From Novakomyces olei (taxonomy: Eukaryota), in assembly GCA_016906335.1 (NCBI GenBank), contig JADEYG010000012.1, forward strand, positions 248,001 through 312,000: a stretch of 64,000 nucleotides of DNA, given 5' to 3'. The position numbers and the translations under genes were made by a program. The notes beneath the pieces were generated by a model. The model ran no database searches and was not told where the DNA came from. It saw only the letters and a list, made by a program, of their open reading frames with translations. Within the stretch, counting starts at the first letter, position 1. The number at the start of each line of letters is the position of its first letter. Positions 13,011 to 26,071 of this stretch are shown here, in pieces.

Positions 13011-16000
13011 TTAAAGATACAGACTGGCCGAGAAAATGATATCACGCCGAATTTTCAAGATTGCTCCAGCCATTTTATCCTCAAGCTGAGCTAGTAAAAG
13101 GTTAGCATGTGACAACATCGACTTTATTAAATCAATATATTTACGCAAGAGGGATAATAAATAAAAAGAATAGTTTAATTTGTGTGGACTTACAATTGCC
13201 GATAGCTTTAGCTGCTTCACACATTTGGCGTAAAAGCTCCTCGAGACGCCGAAAGGCACGAATCAATGAACCTTCATAAACGCGAGTCATTTTACAGATT
13301 TGAGCAAACGAGGCGCCCTGGGCCCAAGCGAAGACGACGTCCATAAGTGCCGGTTTAAAGCTTTGCACGTACTCCTCCTCGTTCACGTCTAGTTTACTTT
13401 CCTGGGAAACTTTTGCGATACGACGAGCCGTTTCTTGTAGAATACGCAGAGGCACACTTAAGCCTTCCTTTAATTTTGGTGCTTCTTCTGTTTTCTCTCC
13501 GAAACAAAAACAGCTCAAAAGAGCCGCACACTGCTCGGGACTCAGGTCGTTGAAAACGCCGTTAAAGATCATCTCTGTGAGCAGCAACTCGTCGCCACTG
13601 CTAATCTCGCAAGCAACACTGGTCGTTAGAAAGAACAATGAAAAAGCTATGGATAAAAGACTAAAAAGAAACCGTAGGCAGCGAATAAACGAAATCAATC
13701 TTACCGTCCTTTCAGCTCGATAACGTCATCGGCCGATGTAAATCCGAGCCGACGGAGTACGCGTTTCCGACATTTTAGCTCGTCCAGTTGCATAATCGAA
13801 TGAGCGGCAAGAAGACGTCTTTTCAAATCCTTTATAGAATCGCGCAATTTAATTTTAGCCAGATACTGTTTATACAATTCAGGCAGACGCGGAGAATTGT
13901 GCAATGGATTCGAGAGCAACCGCGCCTCTAAAACCTCAATCTTTCGTATTAGTTTCTTGAATGATTCGTCCTTTATCCCGAGGTTATCGATAGGATCGAG
14001 CAACGCAATTCCGTCTCCGAACCGGCGTTTCACCTCCTCGATCGACCGCCGAACCGTGTTTCGCTGCTCTACATGCTTCAGATCCTTGGGCAGGAAAACC
14101 CTGACGTGTCCAATGCCATCTAGAGACGAGAGGAGTGTCGGGACAACTTGCATTTGGCCCTGCGCGTCTCCATCGGCACTCGGCGGACGAATCCACGAAG
14201 GGAACTCGCCGTTAGACTTGCGGGGAACGCGTTTGCTATCAGAAGCAACATTCAAAAGCACATCCACAATGTAAGACTCTGTTGGAGCATAATCCTCAAA
14301 GCTTCCACCCTTTGGCGGAGAGCGTTTAGCATAATTTACGACGACGCCCCATCCGAAATCGTACTGGTCTGTTTTGACCCTGACTAGTCTGCCGGGCTGT
14401 AAGAATTGCAGACTAAATGAAGGATGATTAGCGACCGTACGCATATCTTTCGCATAAGTATTCAGCTGCTGCACCAGGTCATAATAGTCGGAAATAGTGG
14501 CCTCGTCTTCGATCACAAGGCGGTCCCTCTCCGCCTCCACGTCTCGTAACTGGGACTCCATCTCGGGGACAGAAGCCGTATTTTGAAACTGGAAAAAACA
14601 CCTCTCCAACATAAACTCGGGGGAAATGCCCTCAACACGCATCAGGTTAAGTATCATATTGTAACTCAGATGAAAAGCAGAATCAAGGCGATCTGCTTCG
14701 CCTTTGAGCATGTTTTTAGCCACCATCGGCTCCATATTATCGTCAACCATGAGAACGACAATCCCCCGGTCATCGAGGCCACGTCGGCCAGCTCTTCCAC
14801 TCATTTGAATATATTCGCCAGAGCTTATCCATCGCAGCGCTGTTCCATCAAATTTACGCACATTTGTGAACACTACAGTTTTCGCTGGCATATTCAGCCC
14901 AATGGAGAACGTCTCTGTGGCAAAAAGCACCTTGATAAGGCCCTCTTGGAACAAAATTTCAATGACTTCTTTCAATATGGGCAAAAGGCCAGAATGATGA
15001 ATCCCAATGCCCCGGCATAGCAAGGGCTGAATGTGCTCAATCTGAGGAAGCTTCCTGTCTTGCTCTGACAGCGATTGGATTGCGTTGGTAAAGACTTCTT
15101 TAACCATCTCCTTTTCAGCGTCTGTGTTCATATCCAGCTTGCTCATTTGCAGGGCTAAAGCTTCACACTCGCGCTTACTAAAACTGAAGACAATGATTGG
15201 ATTGTAGTTTTTGATCATGATCATCTTGACAATCTTGTAAATGTCTGATTTGCCTCCTTTCTGCGAAGATCCCTTGCTAACTTTAGCTCTTTCTCTGCCC
15301 CGCTCTGGTACCGCTGCCGGGTCCTGGCCTTGAGCATCAGCCAACACGTTCATGGCCCTCTGGAAGTTTTCTTCACGGAAAGCAGATTTTTCATCCACAA
15401 CAAGATAGATGCCATCCCCTCCAGCGGGAAAAAGGTAGTGCTGCAAGGGCGTCGGACGGAAATCTGTATATACAACATGACAGGGCTGATTATGAATTCG
15501 ACAGATCCATTCTGCAAACTGCATTGCATTGGGAATAGTGGCAGAGAGGAAGACGTAATGGACTTTGTCTGGCAAAAGAATGATTGTCTCCTCCCAAACG
15601 ACTCCGCGCTCTTTATCGCGCATATAATGAATTTCGTCAAAGACTACCCATGCTACTTCACGCATTACCTCAGAGCCACGATAGAGCATTGACCGCAGAA
15701 TTTCCGTCGTCATTACCAGACAACTGGCATCCGGGTTTATTGTTACGTCGCCGGTCATAAGCCCAACATCGCCAAACTCTTGAGACATTTCTCGGAACTT
15801 TTGGTTGCTCAAAGCCTTGATAGGGCTCGTGTAGATTACACGCTGTTTGTTTCGCAAAGACTGTGCAATAGCATACTCGGCCACTACCGTTTTGCCCGCA
15901 CTTGTATGTGCAGAAACAAGGACACTCTCCTCTCTCTCAATAGACGAAATTGCCACCTGCTGAAACGGATCTAGAGTGAAATCGTACTTGCGCGCAGGCG

Positions 16001-16617
16001 GGTCTGGAGCTACATGCTGTGCAATTGGGACGTAGTTGTAGTTTGGCGGTAAGGCTACCTGATGCCGCACCTACAATAGTTAGTCGGCTGTTACAGAGTC
16101 TTTATTGACTGCAACTCTTCAAAGACAGGTACCGAAGCAAGCTTCAACGCCTTCATTTTTGCAATTATTTACATGTGTACATTTTTTCTCTTTTTTTTCT
16201 TTTTTTATTAATCTTTTTATTTTGTCTTTGCTCTATCATGCTGCCCTCTTTGTTGCAGCTCAACTGCCTTACCTGATGGCTTAATCTGAAAGGCTCGTTT
16301 TCTTGTACGGGAGCCTGAAACCCAGAAGACTGTGCAACTTCGCGAGACGCTTCTGTAGAAAACTCATCGGCCACTACTGCAGACTCTGCGACTTGCTGAG
16401 ATCCGTGCTCTACTCGAGCGCGTTTTGCAGCAGAATCAGGTTTGGGCACAGAGTCTCGCTTCCTGTTTTTTTCAGGCGAAGAGATCTCGTTCGCAGATGA
16501 TTCCGCTCCGTCTGCCTCAGTTTTTACTGCGCCACCGACGGCAGTATTCGGCGTAACGTTACTATTTCCTCCGCCAAACACGTCAAAGAGACGGTCTGTC
16601 TCCCCGTTGCCGTTCAT
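13011..16617 (-). CDS. mtr4: Ski2-like RNA helicase Mtr4 (TRAMP/exosome cofactor), 4 exons
   Basis: [19 protein letters not shown] and [10 protein letters not shown] motifs, an arch/KOW region, and C-terminal YEGSLIR...[13 protein letters not shown]. Confidence 0.97.
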
Positions 16618-16976
16618 GCTCTAAAAATTTGTTGGCTAATTATTCTTGATTATTGTTTTACTATATAATCATATATCGTCATGCTGTGTATACAATAATA
16701 GTGCCTTACTGATTACTCTATCTCCTATATTAGCTATATTTAGCTATTTTAGCTATATTAGCTATATTACTGGATTTATATTATCTTTAATTTACGATTT
16801 TACAATTTTACGATTTTATATTTAAATATGTTTATCTTTAAATCTCCAGATTTTTAAATATCTAGATTTTAAAATTTAGATTTTGAAATTGTTGTATATA
16901 TTGTTTTAATATACACTAATACTCATTATTGTATTTTATCGCAATTTTACACTAGCCCTACAAAATAATTGCACAA

Positions 16977-18683
16977 TTACTTCTTCCTTGCTTGTCCCCA
17001 TGAGGCTTCAGTGGCCACACGTTTCCTCCGCTCCAGTTCTTCAGGTGTGATCGTGTTTCCCTGTGCGTCGAAAATATCACGACGTCCACTCGCCAGGCGT
17101 TTAATATTCTCTGCCACATCATCGGCCAAGTTCGTATCGGCCTTCCGTGCTTCTTCCAGCTTCTTTTGTTCCCGCCAACGAGGATCCAGCAGTTCAATTC
17201 TAATATGCTCATCAATCTCAGAGGCAAGAAAAGTCCCATGGCAGTTTGGGCATATCTGAGTAAGAGCCCCGCGCCCCGGTGGAGCATTGCGCGGCTTATA
17301 ATTACTTCTAATTTTCATATCCCCGAGCCCTTGTGCTTGTGCTTGGGCTAGTCGAGCCTTCTCTGCCTGCGCAAACCGTTCACTCATCCTTTGATCTTGT
17401 CCAGGTGCTGATTCTTCTGCAGTAGCATCTGCATCGGAATTTACCTTAATATTATTAGTATCATTAATATTAGTTTTAGCAGTCGGAGCATTGTCAACGG
17501 GAACAAGTGCCACGGGCTCTTCAAAATCAGGAGGAGCCTCTTCAATTGCGTAATTGGCATCTGCATAAGTAAATTTCTGCTCTAAAGTCGCGTTTTGTAA
17601 ATCTATTAATTCCGTAGGCGCTGGTAAATCTGCGTGTTCATCGGCTGCAGTAAACTCGACCGTTTCCACTATCACATAATCATGCCAATCAATCTTTGCA
17701 AACTCCACATTATCTTTAGCATTTCGAGCCTTTTCTGCCTGTAATTTTTCTGAATTGTATCGCTGCCAACGAGCACGTTTTTTTGCTCGCTCTAGTATCG
17801 CATAACGGTCATCCACATCTTTTTGTATGCTTGCACGGTCGCCTTTTGCAGCCATTAACAGTATCTGAAACTGCCGCACAAGCGCGTTAAAGTACGCATT
17901 CAGAGAGCTGTTGGGCTTTAAGAAATCAAACTGAAAATTCCTGGCTTCTTTTTGAGCGAGCAACAGGGCAAAAGGTCGGCCTTTGGCCGCAACGTACTGA
18001 GCGGTAAGCTTGAGAACGTCCCTGTTACGTTAGACTTGAATACTTTGACAGACTCTACAAAAATAAAGAGCTAAATTTGTATAATAAACAAATAAATAAA
18101 TAAATAAATAAATAAAAGAAAATAAAGTAGACGCAGAGTAAGCAAATTTAGAAATATAATCGCGATGTAAAAGAGGATTTGACTGTGTCGCGAAAAAGAT
18201 CAAAGAGCACGAAGCAATGAAAACAAGACACAAATAGTAAATAAATATATGTAATAAACGTACAAATCCTGGGCAGAAATAGGCGGCAATGATTCGCTAA
18301 ACGCAAAATCATGGGGCCGTTCTGGCCCCGCCGGAGCAGCTGTCGTTTTGGGAGCAGGTCTAGCTAGAGTTGTACCGGAGACTGAAGCCGTTGGAGCCGC
18401 CTGAGCTTCTGTGATTTGGAACACGTAGAAATTGTGATACGGATCGAGTTCGTTGAGGAAAGAGAATTTAGCGTTTCCAGCCTCGCTCTCTCTCACGCGA
18501 TCTTCAAACGCACGACCATTGCGGGCAACAAAACTTGCAGTTTTCGTTATAATATCTTTTGCCGTTAGTTAAGACTATACGCTAAAATTGCGCGAGCATA
18601 CCTCGAACATCTGGTGGCGGCAAAATAGTCTCTGGTGGCAGTCGCGCCTTCAAGTCTGCTATCGCAGAATTCGCTTCGGTCAT
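16977..18683 (-). CDS. prp21: U2 snRNP SF3a subunit Prp21/SF3A1 (Sap114), 3 exons
   Basis: ILPPPDVR|DIITKTASFVARNGRAFE and KFSFLNELDPYHNFY (SURP 1), PPISAQDL...NFQFDFLKPNSSL (SURP 2), plus IDWHDYVIVETVEF and EHIRIELLDPRW. Confidence 0.93.
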
Positions 18684-18835
18684 TGTCGATTGCTCAGCAA
18701 AGAACCATCCATAAAATATACTGACATTAGTGTACAGACAATTATTGTTATAAAAGTATTCCTGCTATCAGAATAGGGTGCTTTATTCTAGTATTTTTAT
18801 TTCTTTTTATATTTTATCTATTTAAATCGCTGTTC

Positions 18836-18935
18836 ATAATTTTATAATTTTATAATTTTATAATTTTATAATTTTATAATTTTATAATTTTATAATTTTA
18901 TAATTTTATAATTTTATAATTTTATAATTTTATAA
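18836..18935 (+). repeat. Microsatellite (ATAATTTT)n, about 12 copies, in the prp21/RMD8-like divergent promoter
   Basis: Read directly from the sequence. Confidence 0.96.
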
Positions 18936-19014
18936 ATCCATATTAATATCGCCATACTAACAGGGCTATTCTAATCGTCATAGTGTCGAGCTTAATCGCC
19001 AGTGACTGTCAATC

Positions 19015-20828
19015 ATGTCGCGCCCTGCGCGCAGTGTCCGATTCCGCGATGAGGAAAGCAGTGCCGGTGACGATCCCGGCGAGGCGGCAATAAGAAATGC
19101 AGAACAAGTTCGAGGGCGAAGGATGCCCTCGTCGACGCTTCAGCTGGGAGGAGCGCCTTCGCGTCTGCGCAATATAAGTGTCGACTCACTGCTCGCTAAT
19201 ATGGGCGAAGTGCCCTCTGCTAGAAAGCGCATCAACGTCAATGCTCGTGGCAGTGATGCGGCAAGAATCCCAAAGCATGCTTTGCCCCAGAGAACTTCGA
19301 AAACGAGCCAAAAACTCGTACTGCTTCCGGAGGACAATGAGGCAAAAGCGACTACCGTCTTCCAAGGCGACGAGGACGAAGAGCCGCCGCGAGATGCAGT
19401 ATCCGTTCGCGGGTCTGATGGAATACGAACCCTGTCAAAGGCCAAAAGAAGTGTGGCAGAGAAAATGTCGCGTGATAGCCGCCGGGAGCATAATCTGCCC
19501 AGGGTGACAGCTTATTGCACTTGCGAGGCCTATCGCCTCCACAAGGCGGCCGTTTTTTTACGCAAAAATCATGAAGTAAAGCCGAGGATATACGATGAAT
19601 GCTTGTACGTGGCCTACCACCTGCCTTTGCTGCCCGGTGCAGATGATACTGGATGCCGAGTACAGAGCAGTCCCCTTGTGCGCGGGCTAAGAGGCGAAGA
19701 CCTGCTCGACCGAGAGATTGATCATACTGAACAACGTGATCATACCCGTGACTGGGACAAACTGGAGCGGAAAAGCAAGGAGCCTGAGCAGGATGAGCGT
19801 TCACCGCCGCAGGAGTCTGCCACTGATGACGAAGAAAGTTCGGCCAGGACTCCGCGAGCAAGGCCAGAGAGACGGGACTCTTTGCCCACGGCGGATGACG
19901 TGCCTCATATGTACAAGCACGCAGAACTCTTTTTGTTTTCTTATGGAACTGTCGTGTTTTGGAACTTTAGCGAAGTGCAAGAGAGGGATATTCTGGCAGA
20001 TCTAACGTTTGCGGACGATGGCACGCTCATGTCCAGGCCTTTACGTAGCGACGATTTGGAAACGGAAGAGTTTCATTTTGAATACTCCCCAAAGACACAC
20101 GCTCCTAGGGTAGAATTGAGTCTTTGATTTATTCATGATTATTTTATTATTATTATTTTTTTATTAATTATCTAACAATCCAGATTTATAATGACATGAT
20201 AACTCTCCGAAGTGCAGATCATTTCATTAAACTTGCCATGTCACACGCCTTGTCACAGTCTGTCAAACTTTCGCTGTTTGAAGAACGAATGGCGAGTAAC
20301 TTGGAGGATGCACAAGATATTCCTCGAAAATTGGCGCTTTCCGGTGAACTCGGAATGACACAGGTGTCCGTGCTCAAAATGTCTGGCCGTCTTTTTAAAC
20401 AACGCGTAGACGTAAATTTAAGCAGTAACGTTTTGGATACGCCTGAATTTTTTTGGGATTCCGAGCCATCGTTGCATCCTCTTTATACTGCTTTTAGGGG
20501 TATTTAGTTGTCTATTAAATTGTTGAATTTTACTGGTTTATTACAATGGCTAAATATACAGAATATCTCGAAATTAGCCAGCGTATACTCGTGCTAAATG
20601 AGAAATGCCGAGTAGTGTTTGACTTGCTCGATATTCTTGCCGACTCTATTGCCGACTCAAAGATGAACCGCATCACTTGGATCGTAATATATCTGATTAT
20701 TCTTTCAATCGTGGTGACTATCGTAAGTCTTGAATCTATACCGGTTACTAACTGGTCAGTTTGAAGTGGGTATTCGCTTTCTTATCATTGTTCGCACAGC
20801 AACGCATGACTCTGGTTTTGGCGTTTAG
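19015..20828 (+). CDS. DUF155/RMD1-family protein, RMD8/Sif3-like, 4 exons
   Basis: PRVTAYCTCEAY, FLFSYGTVVFWNF, PR|IYNDMITLRSADH, VNLSSNVLDTPEFFW and EYLEISQRILVLNE motifs, with a C-terminal TM helix; TAG at 20826-20828. Confidence 0.88.
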
Positions 20829-21303
20829 CGATTTAATTTATCTATCCATTTATTCATTTATCTCTTTATTGCTTTGTTTGTTTTTTGTTTGTTGGTATTT
20901 TATTTTTCTTAAATTCCTACATTCCGACTAATGCGACTTGATACCGCAGCATACATTTGTTGGTCTTTTGCACTTGATGAAGAACGAAATTTTGCAGATT
21001 AGATTAAACATTAGTTTATCTGAATTGTAGAACGCCAGTATTAAAGTAGATTGCGTAACAAAAATATTAGCAACTCTTCAATAAAACATGAAGAACTTTA
21101 AAATAAAATAGTATTTATTACCATATGAATGAACGTGTATAATAATCCCAACCTTCTCTATTACTTGTTCATCGAGTAACATGTCCCAAAATCTTTGTAG
21201 CCGTCTTCCAATATAATCGGTTATTATTACATAGTAGCCAAAGCCAGAAAACAGCCGACAAACTAGAAAAATTCGTCATCAGGGCAATTGATCGAAGTGC
21301 AAA

Positions 21304-23469
21304 ATGACTGATGCAATGGAGAAGCGCAATGATATTGTGAACCCAGACTCGACGCCCGATACGTCCAGTATGGATGAGGACGAGAAAGTTCTTGTAAGCC
21401 TTGATCGGTGAATACAAGGGGAAATGAGAAACTTGTACTGGCGTTTTGGTCGTTCTATCTTGCAAGGGTATGGTGGTAGTAAAGTAGAGAGCACTAATAT
21501 GGCGCGGGTGATAAGGGTGTGTTCCTCACACACTTTTATCTGAGATCATACCGCTCGAACTTGATCTGGACTATACCAGCGAAAGGAAGTCAGAATGCTC
21601 TGTTGTCTCCCCTTTATTTCTAAAATTTTTTAATTTTTAATTTTGTTTGTTTATTCTTATGTTTCTGTATTTTCCGTTTCATTTCCTCGCGCTTTTTTAT
21701 ATCTGTTCGACGTTTTACGTCTTATTATTTTTATTCTACCTTTTCGATTATATTTCTCATTTTGAATAATGTTAATTCGGTGGTAGTATCATCTAGGCTA
21801 CAGGCAAACGCTTCATCGTTCTTTTGGACAGTTTGAAAGTTTTGCTGCCAGCTTTGCGTCACTGTATTCTGTAGGCGGCGTTCGCGTCACATTTACTACT
21901 GGTTTGGCTGCTGGAGGTCCCTTGGCTTATTGGTATGAATTATGACATTTAGATGACATTGTCATATCTCTCTATTATTATATTTTTTGTATTATACTTG
22001 ATACCATTATATTCTCTTCATTTACTTCTGTATTTAATTGTTCAATTTCTGATCTTTCTCTTCTTGCTTCTTTTATTTTTCTAGTTTCCCCTTATCTAAT
22101 TCCCAGGACGAGCTACCTTGTCACATGGGTCTTTACACTGATCACGGCGGCCTGTATGGCAGAGATTTGCTCCGCTCTCCCCGCTGCTGGATCCATTTAT
22201 TTTTGGGCGGCTGAATGTGGGGGTCCAAGGTTCGGACGACTCTTTGGTTTTATTGTGGCCTGGTGGGCAGCAACAGCCTGGTCAACCTTTGTGGCGAGTA
22301 ACAGTCAGAGCGCCACAAACTTTTTGCTCTCAGAAATATCTGTATTTGGCATTGATTTTCCCTCTCCTGACAATGTTCGATTTCGAGCAGTTGCTTGGAT
22401 CGTTGCTGAAGGCATTTTGGCAGTATCAATCAGCCTTAATTTCTTACCCCCAAGAATCTACAAGACTGTATTTAGAGCAGCTGTTTTTGTTATAATGGTT
22501 GATTTCATACTCAATCTTATTTGGCTGCCTATCGGTGTCGTTGAGTCGTACGGGTTTAAATCCGGTCATGATGCAATGCTGGCTCAGTATTACGATATCG
22601 GCCCGGGCGTGTCTCATGGTTGGACATGGTGCCTTTCTTTCCTGGCCAGTGCAGGAGTTCTGGTCGGGTTTGACTCGGCTGCTCACGTTTCTGAAGAAGT
22701 AACAAACTCTGCAATGAGCTCTGCCCGAGGCATTTTTTGGTCGGCTTTTGCTTCAGCTCTTATTGGAGCACCTATTGTAGTTCTGTTTTTATTCTGTACA
22801 CCGGACCTGGATACACTTTACAGCTTGGATGCTCCTCAGCCCTTTGTGCAGTTGTACGCTTTGGCTCTGGGCAAAAACGCTCATATTGCCATGAACGTTA
22901 TCAATATCATCGGGTTGATGTTGAACACAACTGCTGCTGTTGTGGCTGCTTCGAGGCTTATCTATGCAATCGCCCGCGATGGGGTTTTGCCCTTTTCCTC
23001 CTGGATCGGAAAGCCCTCTGACCGGGGACAGCCACGTAATGCTGTTATTGTTATCTGGATAGTTGCTGCTCTCGTGTTGTGTACAATCCTGCCCTCAAAC
23101 GTGGCCTTTACGTCTCTTGTTTCCGCTGCCGGTCTGCCTTCTTTTACTGCTTACGCTCTAGTCAGTTTTGGCAGGTTTTTTTTAACACCCGACAAGTTTC
23201 GAAATTGCCCTTGGTCTCTGGGTCGATGGTCGCACATTATGAACTTCATCTCAATTATTTTCAATCTGTTTGTGACAGGCGTGCTCGTTTCCCCGTACGA
23301 GTGGCCTGTAACTGGGCCTACTTTTAACTATGCTGGAGTAATCTTGGGCAGTGTCACCATTTTTGGTATCATTTCTTGGTTCTTCATCTCGGAAGACAAG
23401 TGGATGTCTTCGCGACAGCTGCTTCTTGTTCAAGAAGCCAATGAGGAGCGGGAGAGCAGGAAGGATTGA
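21304..23469 (+). CDS. thi9: APC-superfamily thiamine transporter, Thi9 orthologue; exons 21304-21393, 21787-21932, 22107-23469
   Basis: Spliced LGYRQTLHRSFGQFESFAASFASL...GGPLAYW...AEICSALPAAGSIYFWAAE...RFRAVAWIVAE...SRLIYAIARDGVLPFS...PVTGPTFNYA matches S. pombe Thi9 as recalled. The intronic TPP aptamer independently supports a thiamine function. Confidence 0.9.
21488..21601 (+). ncRNA. TPP (thi-box) riboswitch aptamer in intron 1 of thi9
   Basis: P2 GCGG 21504-07 / CCGC 21551-54; 13-bp P3 21510-22 / 21528-40; CTGAGA junction 21540-45; CTTGATCTGGACTATACCAGCGAAAGGA (P4/P5, with CTGG/CCAG stem); closing AGAGCA/TGCTCT. Confidence 0.95.
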
Positions 23470-24369
23470 GCTGTTCCTGAGAGTGCTTGATCTTTTACAG
23501 CAAGGATTATTAGAGTAGGCTTTAATTATAATACTAGTAATATAGCAGAATGTCGTATAAAAGAAATAGGCCTCTAAAGAAGCAAAAAAAAAAATTTTAT
23601 AATTAGTTTTGCACAGACAAGCGAAGAAATTAATGAGTATACGAAATTCAGTATATGATGGAATATGATTAACAAAGGGAAACAAAGAAATAAAAAAAGA
23701 TGAAAAAATTAAAGAGAAAAGAAAAAAGAAGAGAAAATCCCGTAACAAAGAATAAACTCATTATAAATCAGTAATATTGTATACTTGATTAGTCCCAATA
23801 TTAATAATATAGGAGAGCTCACCCGATCAGTGTGACTCGGAAAAACCATACACGAATGGCGACTAACGATTGGTGTACGAAAATAAAATTATCCGGTCCG
23901 TAGCGGCCACAGCCTTAATTATGTCATTAAAAACTGCCGGCAATAAACTGGCAAACTTTTCAATTACAGAGCACTGTATAAAAGATTTAAGACTGCAACT
24001 TGACCAAAATCATAATTTATCGTTGCATCCATTGCAGGTCTCTGAATGCTGAAAGATATTGAGTGTAAAAGTAGTGATTGTGGATCGGATTGTTTATAAT
24101 AGCCATTCATTAATGGAATAATTTTCGACTACAGTCGGCGTCGTTTAATACAAGAACGGTCAATACAAGATCGTTCAATACCTTTTTAATCGACGTACTG
24201 AAAAGCCCTTCTTAAACTCATATGCAGACCATAGTTTATGAATACTAAGAATATCAAGGTGCCTTTGCCAATAGCGTAAAATCCCGTTTGGCGCACAACT
24301 TCACACTTCCGATACGAAGCATTCTACAGCTAATTGATTACTTGCAACTTGAAATTACAAACCTCCGCT

Positions 24370-24486
24370 TTGGCGCGCCAACGGCACATATAATCACGTG
24401 ACAGCCAATGACAGAATAAGGTATAGAAAGCCGAAAACAAATCGGCGCCTAAAAAGGTAGATCGTACGTTACGTGATTGCCCAATC
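24370..24486 (+). promoter_or_regulatory. Candidate E-box/SRE-like and CCAAT elements upstream of the flavohemoglobin gene
   Basis: ATCACGTGAC at 24393-24402 is followed by CCAAT at 24405. ATCGTACGTTACGTGAT at 24461-24477 is followed by CCAAT at about 24481. A palindrome TTGGCGCGCCAA sits at 24370-81. Confidence 0.35.
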
Positions 24487-24551
24487 ATAGATGGGACATA
24501 AAAAAGGGCAATTAAGCTCGACACCAGAGCACCAAATTCATCAAAATAACA

Positions 24552-26071
24552 ATGACGCTGGATGAAGGAACGCGGACTGTAATCAAGGCCACCGTTCCGG
24601 TCTTGCAGGAACGTGCCGTCGATATAACGAGGACGTTTTACGCAAACATGCTCAAAGCGCACCCGGAACTTTGCTCCGTCTTTAATCTGGAGAATATGTA
24701 TGTCTTTTACTGGTTGGATACGTGCAAGGGACCCACAAGCAGCTATTGATGTAGCCTCGTTGCCTTTTATTCTGATTTCTTTTTCTTCTTATTTTATTAT
24801 TATTTTGGGGCTTATTTGTTCGACTTTCAAATGCTTGCCGATCGGCTCCAGTTACAAGCAAATCCTGTACTGTGCACTAAAGTCACGTATACTGTATCAA
24901 AAGTAAATTACGGGAACCAGAGTTGCCTTGCTTATGAAAACTACACGTTCTACAATCCAATTGAGCCTATTCTAACATGTCTAGGCGAAACGAAAGACAG
25001 CCTCGAGCTCTAGCGGCCGCCTTGCAAGCCTATGCTTCCAATATCGATGATTTGTCTGTGCTGCAGGGCGCAGTTGAGCATATCTGCCAGCGGCACGCGT
25101 CGCTAAACATCGCAAAAGAGCAGTATGCAATCGTAGGCGAGCACCTACTCAAGGCAATGCTCCAAGTTCTCGGTAGCGATGTAGTGACGTCAGCGGTCCT
25201 TGGTGCTTGGGAGCTGGCATACTGGCAACTGGCAAATATAATGATTGACAGGGAAGCGCAGCTGTACAAGGAGGCGCCCTGGAGCGGTTGGCGCGAGTTT
25301 CGAATTGAACGCAAAGTGGCCGAGGCGCGTGATATCACAAGCTTCTACCTGACCCCAGAATCAGGCGACAAAACGGTCAACTTTAACGCGGGCCAGTACG
25401 TCTCCATTTGCGTTTGGCTGGACAATTACGGGATTTATCAGCCTCGGCAGTATTCCGTCTCCGATGCACCGGGAAAATTGCGTATAACGGTAAAAGACTT
25501 GAGCTCTCAACTACCGAATGGTGAGAATGCGCCGGGGCTCGTTTCTCACGTGCTTCATTCTCTGCCTACTGGCGCCATAGTAAAAGTGTCAGCACCACGT
25601 GGGGAATTCTGTGAGTCCATTGCTGCCGACCAATCAGAATTGCAGCAACTGCCCCCGCTCGTACTTGTGTCGGGTGGGATAGGTGCAACGCCGCTTATGA
25701 GCATTCTTGCCGATAACGTAAACCGCGGCACATCGCGACCAATCACGTGGGTTCATGCGTCACATTCCGCTGAGCAAGAGCCTTTTGTACAGCGAATACG
25801 CGAGATCGAACACGACCCCAAGCGCCAATTAACAAGCGCCATTTTTCTCACGGTCGGTGCCAGCAGCCCAGACACCTTCGCGGGTCACGTGGACCTGAAC
25901 AAGATCGCGAGCGCTCTCCATCTCGACCGGAGTGATACGGAATACTTTGTGTGCGGACCACTTGGCTTTATGAAGTCTGTGGACCAAAGTCTGCTCAGCT
26001 TGAAAATTCCCCGAGACCGAATCAAGACGGAAGTCTTTGGTACTGGATCGTTTAAGGCGGGACGCAATTGA
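24552..26071 (+). CDS. yhb1: Flavohemoglobin (nitric oxide dioxygenase), 2 exons
   Basis: Globin IKATVPVL...FYANML...ICQRHASLNIAKEQYAIVGEHLL, FAD-binding GQYVS...RQYSVS, and NAD-binding GGIGATP and FVCGPLGFM. Intron 24698-24984. Confidence 0.95.
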
